From Mobula hypostoma (lineage: Eukaryota): DNA of 64,000 nt. The translations under genes were made by a program, and so were the position numbers. The stretch covers positions 21,578,001-21,642,000 of the forward strand of contig NC_086097.1 in the NCBI RefSeq assembly GCF_963921235.1, read 5' to 3'. How positions within the stretch are numbered: position 1 is the first letter of the stretch; the number at the start of each line of letters is the position of its first letter. The notes under the pieces are model-generated. The model did not search any database. It worked only from the letters and a program-made list of their open reading frames with translations, and was not told the DNA's origin. This document shows positions 24,816-35,443 of the stretch, piece after piece.

Positions 24816-25969
24816 TCGATCCTATCATGCTTTGTGGTCAAGTTACAATATTTAATTACTGCAGAGTACATCATTAAAGCTATGATTTAAACAATTAGTA
24901 TCACACATATTCAATGTATTCTTAACAAGCCTAGTTAATGTAGATTAGGTGGTGGCCGTTGTTTATGGTTTGTGTGTCCCTAAGGCACACTTTCCTCATG
25001 CTCGCTGTACCAAACTATATCTGAGAAATGCAAATTGAAGATTAAAGATTTAAAGATGAGTTTTATTTGTCACAGAGACGTGAAAACATACAGGGGGAAT
25101 CCATTGTTTGCATCAAATCAAATCAGGTTTGTGCAGAGCAGTCCGCAACTGTGCGCAAGCTTCCTGCAGCAACTTGGTATATCCACAGCTCATTAACTCT
25201 AACCATACCAATTTAGAATGTGGGAGGAAACCAGAACACCCAGAACAAACACATGTGATAAGAGCGATGGACAGAACGTACAGCTAGTGCCATTTTCCCA
25301 GGGTGGCAGTGCCTAATATAAGAGGACATTTTTATGAGCTGATTAGAGGGAAGTATGGGGGGTGGTGATTTTAGATACAAGAGGTTCTACAGGTGCTGGA
25401 AACCCAAAGCAACACAAGCTGAATATTGGAGTAACTCAGCTGATCAGGAAGCATCTATTGAGATTTTCCATTTGAGGACGAGATATTTCATCAAGATCAG
25501 TGGGTGGACGTTAGAAGTAGGGTTTCAAACAGACTGGGAGATGATGGGACGTGCTGCCAGGGGTTGTGGGAGAGGCAGGTATATTAGGGACACTAAAGAG
25601 ACTCTTAGATAGGCACATGGATGAAAGAGAAATGGAGGGCTGAATGGGAGGGAAAGGTCAGATAGATTTTGGAGTAGGTTAAAAGTTTGGCACACACTGT
25701 GGGCTGAAGGGCTTGTACAGTGCTGTACATAAGAACATAAGAAATAGAAGCAGGAGTAGGACATCTGGCCTATTGAGCTTGCTCTGCCAGGCAATAAGAT
25801 CATTTACTGTTCTATGTTCTATAATTCCGCGGTGTGGAGTTTATATATGTGACTACATACATGAGTTTCCCTTGGGTTCTCCAGTTCCTCCTGTATCATA
25901 ACGACATGCCTGTGGTCAGACGGATCGGCCACTGTAAGTTACCTCAAGTGTCATCTCTGAGGATTGTCT

Positions 25970-26860
25970 ATGAGGATAATCAAGTTCGCAGACGACACCA
26001 CGGTGGTTGGCCTGACAGAGGGGATGACGAGACGGCCTACAGGGACAAGGTCCAGCACCTGGCCGTGTGGTGTGCCGACAACAACCTGGCCCTTAACACC
26101 CAGAAGACCAAGGAGATCATTGTGGACTTCAGGCATGCTAGGAGCCACACTCACATCCCCATCTACATCAACGGTGCTGTAGAGCAGCATGTACCAAGCT
26201 TCAAATTCCTTGGTGTCCACATTTCCGAAGATCTCACTTGGTCCCTGAACTCCTCATCCTGATCAAAAAGACGCAACAGTGCCTTTATTTCCTGTGGAGC
26301 ATCAGGAAAGCTCACCTCTGTCCCAGGATACTGACGGACTTTTACCGCTGTACCATTGAGAGCATACTCACCAACTGCATCTCAGTGTGGTATGGCAATT
26401 GTCCCGTATCAGACCGCAAAGCACTCCAGCGTGTGGTGAAAACTGCCCAGCGGATTATCGGCACCCAATTGCCCACCATTGAGAACATCTACCATAAACG
26501 CTGCCTGGGCAGGTCGAAAAGCATTATCAAGGATGCATCTCACCCTAACCATAGACTTTTTACTCTCCTCCCATCCGGTTGGCGCTACAGGAGCCTCCGC
26601 TCCCGCACCAGCAGGCACAGGAAGAGCTTCTTCCCTGAGGCTGTGACACTGCTGAACCTCTCATCACAGCGCTAAGCAGTATTGCATCCATATTGTACTG
26701 TCTCAGTACTTTTATATTTGTGTGCTGTAGCACTTTTTATTCGCAGTTATTTTGTAAATAACAATATTCTTTGCATTTCTGGTTTGATGCTAACTGCATT
26801 TCATTGGCTTTGTATCTGTACTCGGCACAATGACAATAAAGTTAAATCTAATCTAATCTA
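25970..26860 (+). mobile_element. Rex1/Babar-type LINE, 5'-truncated young copy
   Basis: IIKFADDTTVVGL followed by the same C-terminal peptide as 8743-9590. (ctaat)n tail. Confidence 0.9.
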
Positions 26861-27199
26861 ATTGTCTCCTTGTCATGGTGGAGAGGCTTGTGAGTTCCTG
26901 AGAGCAATATATACTTTGATAATGAATTTACTTTGAAATTTGAACATTATTTAGTGAAAGTTTGAGGGGACTTGGTGTGGGATTGGGGATGGTATATGGC
27001 ATATCCTTTTCAGTAGCCCAGAATGCGGTGGAAATTAGTAGTTGTTGTTTGTATATCAGTGCAAAGTCTACAGAAACCTTCACCCTCACAAGGCCAGTGT
27101 CTTTTTACACGTCCTTATACTCGGCTACATTGCCCTCTTGAGCAACAGCAAACCAGCAGAGCCTGCTTGTGACGACATTCCATTTATAAGTTCTTATTA

Positions 27200-27320
27200 A
27201 ATGTATTATTATATTGATTATTATAATTAATTGCATATTTTATATATTTAATGCACTGTTGCTGCAAAGAACAAATTTTACGACACACAGTATGTCAGGG
27301 ATGCTAAACCTGATTCTGAT
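27200..27320 (+). mobile_element. LINE 3' tail abutting the ADCK1 splice acceptor
   Basis: tgcactgttgctgcaaagaacaaattttacgacac...aaacctgattctgat resembles the reverse complement of the LINE tail at 48737-48815. Confidence 0.6.
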
Positions 27321-27328
27321 CTTGACAG

Positions 27329-27487
27329 ATCACCCAGCTGTTTGCCAGCTTTGATGAAGCCCCCCTTGGTGCTGCGTCCTGGGCCCAGGTCCATAAAGCA
27401 GTTCTACACGATGGAAGGACGGTGGCGCTTAAAGTCCAGCATCCCAAAGTACAGAGCCAGTGTGCCAAGGATGTTGTTCTGATGGAG
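27329..27487 (+). CDS. ADCK1: Internal coding exon of aarF-domain-containing kinase 1 (UbiB/ABC1 atypical kinase), 159 nt, phase 0/0
   Basis: cttgacAG|ATC...ATG GAG|GTaaat splice sites. Translates without stops to ITQLFASFDEAPLGAASWAQVHKAVLHDGRTVALKVQHPKVQSQCAKDVVLME, which matches the vertebrate ADCK1 segment as I recall it (LFxSFDxxPLGxASLAQVHKAVLHDGRTVAVKVQHPKV), covering the A-rich loop and the catalytic Lys (VAxK). Confidence 0.93.
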
Positions 27488-27729
27488 GTAAATTTGATTA
27501 AGTCTTTAGAAGTAAAGAGCATGACACTTAGAGAATTGGGTAACTGATGATTAGGATAATCACTACTTGCCTTGTTTTTGCAGAGTAATTGTAAGAAATT
27601 CAAGCTCTGTTTTCTGCACCTCACACAGCAATACTTCCTCATGCAAAGTAACCATGTATTAAGATTCACATAAGAGTCGCATAGAGTTACGTGCAAGCTA
27701 CAGACCTTAAGACAAAGGAGTATAAGCAC

Positions 27730-29035
27730 CTTTACTAATCAAGAACCTCTGCTTTAAATATACCCAATGAATTGGTCTCCACAGCCATCTGCAGCAATGA
27801 ATTCAGCAGGTTCACAACCCTCTGGCTAAAGAAATTTTTCCTGATCTCTGTTCTAATGGGACGTCCCTCTATTGTGAAGCTGGTTCTAGACTCCCTCACT
27901 ATAGGTCAACATGTTCTCCAAATATTCAATATTTGACAGGTTTCAATGAGATCCCCCCCCCCACCCCATTCCTCTAAACTCCAGTAAGTACAGGCCCTGA
28001 GCCATCAAACGCTCCTCATAAGTTAACCCTTTAATTTCTGGGACTATTCTCATGAATCTCCTGTAGACCATCTCCAATGCGGCACTTGCTTTCTTAGATA
28101 AGGGGCTGAAGTCTGATCACAACACTCCAATGGGGGCTGACCAAAGCCTTATAAAGCCTTCGCATTACATTCTTCCTTTTATATTCTTGTCCTTTTAGAA
28201 TATAGGCTGGTGTCAGTTTTTAAAAACTAATCTTATTTATTTATTTATCGATCCATCCATCCATCCATGTGCAGTGTGGAATAAACCCTTCCGGTCCCTT
28301 GAGCAATGCCTCCCAGCAATCCTCTAATTTAATCTCAGCCTAATCATGGGACAACTTACAACGACCAATTAACCTACTAACCGGTACGCCTTTAGACTGT
28401 GGGAGGAAACCGGAGTACCCAAAGGTAACCTACATGGTCATGGGGAGAACGTAGAAACTCCTTACAGACAGTGGTGGGAAATCAACCCAGATTGCCTGCA
28501 CTGGAAAGCATTGTGCTAACCATGACACTACTGTGTTGCCCCTCTCAAAACGAATGCTAACATTGCAATTGCCTTCCTTACCACCGACTCAACCTGCAAG
28601 TTAGCCTTTATGGAACCCTGCACGAGGACTCTCAAGTCCTTTTGCACCTCTGATTTCTGAAATTTCTGAAAATAGTCTATGCCTTTATTCCTTCTATCAA
28701 AGTGCATGATCTAACGCTTCCCTGCACTGTATTCAGTCTGCCACTTCTTGGCCCATTCTCCTAATCTGTCCAAGTCCTTTTGCAGACTCGTAAACACAAA
28801 ATACTCTGCAGATGCTGGGGTCAAAGCAACACTCACAACACGCTGGAGGAACTCAGCAGGTCCGGCAGCATCCGTGGAAACGATCAGTCAATGTTTCGGG
28901 CCGGAACCTGAATACTGACAAAGGGTTCCGGCCCGAATCGTTGACTGTTCATTTCCACGGATGCTGCCCGGCCTGCTGAGTTCCTCCAGTGTGTTGTGAG
29001 TGTTGCTTTTGCAGACTCTCTGCTTCCTCAACCAT
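27730..29035 (-). mobile_element. CR1 3' fragment interrupted by a V-SINE (~28245-28540) and a fold-back PLE (28790-29005)
   Basis: Similar to the minus-strand CR1 copies at 23100 and 36705. Confidence 0.75.
28790..29005. mobile_element. Fold-back PLE insertion with 13-bp TSD
   Basis: TSD cttttgcagactc at 28777-28789 and 29006-29018. Arms ~28823-28908 and ~28924-29009. Decayed hammerhead ctgacaa agggttccggccc gaat cgtt gactg. Confidence 0.85.
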
Positions 29036-29052
29036 ATCAGTATAGAATCAGT

Positions 29053-30140
29053 GCAACACACACAAAATGCTGGAGGAACTCAGTGGCCAGGCAGCATCTA
29101 TGGAAATGAGTACAGTGGACGTTTCGGGCAGAACTGGAGAAAAGATGAGGAGTCAGAGTCGGAGGATGGGGGAGCGGAGGGAGAAGTACAAGGTGATGGG
29201 TGAAACCTGGGTGCGGGGGAGGTGGGAGTAAAGAGCTGGGAAGTTGATTGGTGAAAAAGATACAGGGCTGGAGAAGGGGGAATCGGATAGGAGAAGACAG
29301 AAGGCCATGGAAGAAAGAAAAAGGGGGGGAGGAGCACCCGAGGAATGTGATAGGCAGGCAAGGAGATATGGTGAGAGAGGAAAATGGGAATGGAGAATGG
29401 TGAAGGGGGGAAGGGCATTACTGGAAGTTTGAGAAATCAATGTTCATGCCATCAGGTTGGAGGCTACCCAGATGGAATATAAGGTGTTGTTTCTCCAACC
29501 TGAGTGTGGCCTCATTGAGGCAGTAGAGGAGGCCATGGACTGACATGTCGGAATGGGAATGGGAAGTGGAATTAAAATGTGTGGACACTGGAAGATCCCA
29601 CTTTTTTTGAGAAGCGATCTTGCAATGTACAGGAGGCCACACCGGGAGCACTGGATACAGTAGATGACCCCAGTAGACTCACAGGTGAAGTGTCACCTCA
29701 CCTGGAAGGTCTATTTGGGGCCCTGAATGATAGTGAGGGAAGAGGTGTAGGAGCAGTTATAGCTCTTGTTCCGCTTGCAAGGATAAGTGCCGAGAGGGAG
29801 ATCAGTGGGGAGGGATGAATGGATAAAGGCGTTGCGTAGGGAGTGATCCCTGCGGAAGGCAGAAAGTGGGCAGGAGGGAAAGATGTGCTTGGTGGTGGGA
29901 TCCCACTGGAGATGGTGGAAGCTACGGAGAGTTATGTGTAGAACGTGGAGGTTGGTGGGGTGGTAGGTGAGGACGAGGAACTCTATCCCTGGTGGGGTGG
30001 CGGGTGAAGTGGTGAGGGCAGTTGAACACGAAATGGAAGAGATGCGGTTGAGGCTAGCATTGATGGTGGAGGAAGGGAGGGTCCTTTCTTTGAAGAAGGA
30101 GGACATCTCCTTAGTTCTAGAATAAGATGCCTCATCCTGA
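29053..30140 (-). mobile_element. Penelope-like retroelement 3' portion: post-RT linker, GIY-YIG endonuclease C-terminus, 3' pLTR region
   Basis: LVLTYHP..HLQWDPTTKHIFP..AFRRDHSLRN..GTYPC, and PVSTHFNS..H..LRLEKQHLIFHLGSLQPDGMNIDF* (ORFs 29711-30238, 29418-29651). Downstream sequence matches the fold-back inserts. Confidence 0.85.
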
Positions 30141-30499
30141 GAGGAGACGGAGGTATTGCACCTGTTAAATACATCCTGGGCAGAAAAGAGTTGTTTGCTG
30201 TAAGTCTGTTTTCCACATCTTGGTCCATGGCCTTGCACTTTAAGTCCTTGGCCAGCTACTCCTTAAATATGCAAGGGGTTTTGCCTTTCAACAGTAGGTT
30301 CTAGACTGCCACTGCCCTCTTTGCAAACAGATATTCCTCAAATCCCCTTTGAACTTTCTACTATCTGTAAACCTTTGCCCACTGGTTATTGAATCATTTT
30401 TTTCACGGCTAGAACTTTCCAAGCCACTCTGTCTAGGTCTCTTCTTGGTACTAAATCTTCCCTCAATAAATCTTCTCTCACCCTCCTCTGCCACAAGGA

Positions 30500-31495
30500 A
30501 AACGACCCTGCCTCCTCTAACCTCTGCTCTTATTGGCTTATCTACATATTGTGTCAGGAAACTTTCCTGAACACACCTAACAAACTTCACCCCATCTAAA
30601 CCCCTTGCTCTAGGGAGATGCCAATCAATATTTGGGAAATTAAAATCTCCCACCACGACAACCTTGTTATTATTACACCTTTCCAGAATCTGTCTCCCTA
30701 TCTGCTCCTCGATGTCCCTGTTACTACTGGGTGGTCTATAAAATACACCCGGTAGAGTTATTGACCCCTTTCTTGTTTTTAACTTCCACCCACAGAGACT
30801 CAGTAGACAATCCCTCCATGACTTCCTCCTTTTCTGCAGCCGTGACACTATCTCTCAACAGCAGTGCCACACCCCCACCTCTTTTGCCTTTCTCCCTGTC
30901 CTTTCTGAAACATCTAAAGCCTGGCACTCTAAGTAACCACTCCTGTCCCTGAGCCATTCAAGTCTCTGTAATGGCCATGATAGCTCCAAGTACTGACCCA
31001 CGCTCTGAGCTCATCTGCTGTGTTCATGACACATCTCAAACCCTCAGTCTGAGTGCATCCCTTCTCTATCACCTGCCTATCTTCCCTCTCACACTGTCTC
31101 CAAGCTTTCTCTATTTGTGAGCCATCTGCCCCTTCCACTATCTCTTCAGTTCGGTTCCCACCCCCCCAGCAATTCTAGTTTAAACTCTCCCCAGTAGCCT
31201 TAGCAAACCTCCCCACCAGGATATTGGTCCCCCTGGGAATCAAGTGCAACCCGTCCTTTTTGTACAGGTCACACCTGCCCCAAAAGAGGTCCCAATGATC
31301 CAGAAATCTGAATCCCTGCCCCCCTCAGCCACGCATTTATCCTCCACCTCATTCTATTTCTATACTCACTGTCGCGTGGCACAGGCAGTAATCCCGAGAT
31401 TACTATCTTTGCGGTCCTGCTTCTCAACTTCCTTCCTAACTTCCTGTAGTCTGTTTTCAGGACCTCCTCCCTTTTCCTACCTATGTTGTTGGTAC
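30500..31495 (-). mobile_element. CR1 5' fragment (ORF1 end, ORF2 AP-endonuclease)
   Basis: RGGGVALL, VFYRPP, VVVGDFNFPNIDW. Confidence 0.85.
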
Positions 31496-31764
31496 TGCTC
31501 CAATCTTCAGGTCAGATGCACCTGAGGAATGTATGTGATATTCCAGCTGTGGTCCAAATGGTGGTTTATACAGCTCTGGCATGATTTTCCTGTCCCTGTA
31601 CTCTGCACTCAGTCTCCGCCTTGTCTACTTGCCCTGCCACTTCCAAGGTCTTTCTGTCCCTCGGTACTTCTCAGTATCCTACTGTTCATTTTATGTTCTC
31701 TCCCCTTCTTTAGCCTCAACAAATGCTTGATTTTACAATTCCCCAGATGGAATCTGTTTGCCTT

Positions 31765-32620
31765 CTTCAGGTCAGGTCAAGTTTATTGTCATTTCGACCA
31801 TAAGCTGCTGGTACAGTTCACAGTAAAAACAAAACAATGTTCCTCCAGGACCCTGGTGCTACCTGAAACAACACAAAAGTACACTAGACTATGTGAGACA
31901 GCACAAGGCTACACCAGACTATGTAAAACAAACAGAAAAACTTCACTAGACTACAGACCTGCACAGGACTACATAAAGTGCACAAAACAGTGCAGGGCAG
32001 TACAATAATTAATAAATGAGACAATAGGCACAGTAGAGGACAAATTACAATACAATAATAAATGATGTAGATGTCAGTCTAGACTCTGAGTATTGAGGAG
32101 TCTGATGGCTTGGGGAATGAAACTGTTGCACAGTCTGCTTGTGAGAGCTGGAATGCTTCAGTACCTTTTGCCAGAGGGCAGGAGGGAAAAGAATTTGTGT
32201 GAGGGGTGCGTGGGGTCCTTCACAATGCTGTTGGCTTTGCGGGTGCAGCGTGTGGTGTAAATGTCTGTAATAGCAAGAAGAGAGACCCCGATGATCTTCT
32301 CAGCTGACCTCACTATCCGCTGCAGGGCCTTGCGATCCGAGACGGTGCAATTCCCAAACCAGGCAGTGATGCAGCTGCTCAGGATGCTCTCGATACAACC
32401 TCTGTAGAATGTGGTGAGGATGGGGGGTGGGAGATGGATTTTTCTCAGCCTTCACAGGAAGTAGAGACGCTGCTGGGCTTTCTTGGCTATGGAGCTGGTG
32501 TTGAGGGACCAGGTGAGATTCTCCACCAGGTGAACACGAAGAAGTTTGGTGCTCTTAACGATCTCAACGGAGGAGTCGTCAATGTTCAGTGGGGAGTTCT
32601 CGCTCTGTGCTCTCCTGAAC
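31765..32620 (-). mobile_element. Rex1/Babar-type LINE 3' fragment
   Basis: [21 protein letters not shown] (ORF 32452-32682). aataaac(ttgacc) tail. Confidence 0.8.
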
Positions 32621-32746
32621 TCTTTTCCTCGCCTTTTGGCATTTTCCTGCAATATTCTGGTTTCCGCCTCACCAACAACCAAATAAGTAATCTTAGCATC
32701 CCGTACTTCAGCCTAAGTCATTGTTAGCTCCTCGCATTTTGTGGTA

Positions 32747-34700
32747 CAGGTGTCCCCCGTTTTTCGAACGTTCGCTTTACGACACCTCACTGTTATGAAA
32801 GACCTACATTACTTAATTGTTTTCGCTAACAGAAGGTGTTTTCACTGTTACGAGAAAAGGCAGCGCGCGATAAAAGGCAGGTGCGATAAAAGGCAGGTGT
32901 GATAAAAAGCAGCGCGCGCCCTGAGCAGCAAAGCTCCTCCCCCGGAACTGCATTCTAGCTGGCATTGCTTAAATACGTGCCTGTGAGCATTTGTGCTTTA
33001 TGTCGATTTATTTTGAGCATCCGTTAGCAAGATGAGTTCTAAGGTATTGGAAAAGCCTAAAAGAGCTCGTAAGGGTGTTACATTTAGCGTAAAACTAGAC
33101 ATAATTAAGCGTTTCGATCGTGGTGAACAAAGTAAGGACAAAGTGAGTTTGGCTTGTGGAAGTTGACGAAGATGATAGTCATAGTCATAATCATAGTCAT
33201 ACTTTATTGATCCGGAGGGAAATTGGTTTTTGTTACAGTTGCACCATAAATAATTAAATAGTGATAAAACTATAAATAATTATATAGTAATATGTAAATT
33301 ATGCAAGGAAATAAGTCCAGGACCAGCATATTGGCTCAGGGTGTCTGACCCTCCTAGGGAGGAGTTGTAAAGTTTGATGGCCACAGGCAGGAATGACTTC
33401 CTATGACGCTCAGTGCTGCATCTCGGTGGAATGAGTCTCTGGCTGAATGTACTCCTGTGCCCAACCAGTACATTATGTAGTGGATGGGAGACATTGTCCA
33501 AGATGGCATGCAACTTGGACAGCATCCTCTTTTCCGACACCACCGTGAGAGAGTCCAGTTCCATCCCCACAACATCACTGGCCTTACGAATGAGTTTGTT
33601 GACTCTGTTGGTGTCTGCTACCCTCAGCCTGCTGCCCCAGCACCCAACAGCAAACATGATAGCACTGGCCACCACAGACTCGTAGAACATCCTCAGCATC
33701 GTCCGACAGATGTTCAAGGACCTCAGTCTCCTCAGGAAATAGAGAGTAGAGATGTTGAAGAGGTTTTGGCATCCCATGACCAAGAACTGATAGATGAAGA
33801 GCTGATGCAATTGGAAGAGGAAAGGATAACAATCGAAACCGAATGCAGTAGTCATCCAGGAACTGAACGTGAAGCAACTGCGTGAGATCTTCGCTGCAGT
33901 TGACAACGCTGCAATGATTGCAGAAGAGTACGACTTTAATTTTGAAAGGCTACATCCGTTTAAGGGATATTTGCAGGATGGTTTGAGTGCTTACAAAGAA
34001 CTATATGATAGAAAAATGTGCGAGGCTAAGCAGTCAAGCGTACCCTCGTTTTTCAAGCCTTCCACATCAGCCACAGCAGACAACGAACCTCGACCTTCAA
34101 CATCGAGGCAGGCAGACATAGAAGAAGAGACCTGCCTGCCCTGATGGAAACAGATGACGATGAGATGACACCCCAGTGTCCCACCACCCCAACCTCTGAC
34201 GACTCAGCCTAACACACCATCATCAGTGTGCTCGTTGTCTTCCTGATTCCGGTAAGCGATACTACACTGTACATACATTATTTCTACTTTATATAGGCTG
34301 TGTATTTTTATGTGTTATTTGGTATGATTTGGCAGCTTCATAGCTTAAAGGTTACTGGGGAGAGTGCTTCTGCTGAGAGCGCTTGTACCGAGTGTTTCTG
34401 CCGAGAGCGCTTGCGTGAGATTTTCGCTACGGTGGACAGTGCTGCAATGATTGCAGAAAAGTATTTCTACTTTATATAGGCTGTGTATTTGTCATATCAT
34501 TCCTGCTTTTGCTATATGTTACTGTTATTTTCGGTTTTATGTGTTATTTGGCATGATTTGGTAGGCTATTTTTTGGGTCTGCGAACGCTCACAAGTTCTT
34601 CCCATATAAATAAATGGTAATTGCTTCTTCATTTTATGACATTCCGGCTTACGAACCGTTTCATAGGAACGCTCTACCTTCGGATGGAGGGGGAAGCCTA
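32747..34700 (+). mobile_element. Internally deleted Tigger/pogo DNA transposon
   Basis: TA-flanked ends caggtgtcccccg / ggagggggaagccta. ATG 33032 gives MSSKVLEKPKRARKGVTFSVKLDIIKRFDRGE (CENP-B-type HTH start), joined to the acidic C-terminus DVEEVLASHDQELIDEELMQLEE..YKELYD..KQSS..SFFK. No DDE domain. Confidence 0.8.
33176..33747 (-). mobile_element. Rex1/Babar-type LINE 3' fragment nested in the Tigger
   Basis: LYFLRRLRSLNICRTMLRMFYESVVAS..SFLPVAIKLYN. (atgact)n tail. Confidence 0.85.
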
Positions 34701-35382
34701 TACATTTCGGACAGTGAGCCTTGTGGAATCCCTCTTCTTACAGCTTTCCGATCACCGTTGGCCATTAACAGTTGTTTCCTGGCATTAAGGAATCACTTTC
34801 AAGGACGTATGGACTCAACTTCAAGGACCCCACAACAAATGTTCTCAATATTATTTATTTTTAAATTTTTTTATGGCTTTGTATACTTGTGAAACCCTTT
34901 TTTGCTGGGCGTCTCTGGAAATGCGACTCGTTAGCCCCTCGCTAACAGCCATTGGACTCTGCGGCGAGAAGCCCACCTTCCTCGGGCTTCGTACGTCTAG
35001 GGTGTATACAACTTTGGTCCCGCCAGATCCGTGAGGTTGAGATGTCTCGCCCACCTGAACCCTGGTTTGTGTGAATGCTGTTCGATTTACTATCCCCCGG
35101 CAATCATCCGTCGGCAAGAGATAACAGATCGCACACTGCATACAATGATTTTAAAAAGTATATTTGAGAAGGAAAGCACTAGAATATCAATTATTTGGAA
35201 TCAAATAACCTCGCCTGGTGTCTCAGGGCCGGGTGTGTGCACCCATGCCACCCCCCTCCCACAGCACTCCTTCTCGGCCACATGTCCTACGCCCTTCCCA
35301 CGGTGCTCCACCCTCGCCATTCCCGATATGCTTTGCTCCCACCAGATTTGCAAACTCGCTCTTTGCTCCACATTGACAAATA

Positions 35383-35443
35383 CAGTACTGTGCAAAAGTC
35401 TCATGCACCCTAGCTATGCACACCCTAGTCATGCACAGTACTG
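35383..35443. mobile_element. Micro-MITE, second copy of the 12265 family
   Basis: ta cagtactgtgcaaaagtc ... tgcacagtactg ta. Confidence 0.65.

Noticed and set aside
27304..27729. 141-aa minus-strand ORF
   Set aside because: Antisense shadow of the real plus-strand ADCK1 exon, with no recognisable motifs.
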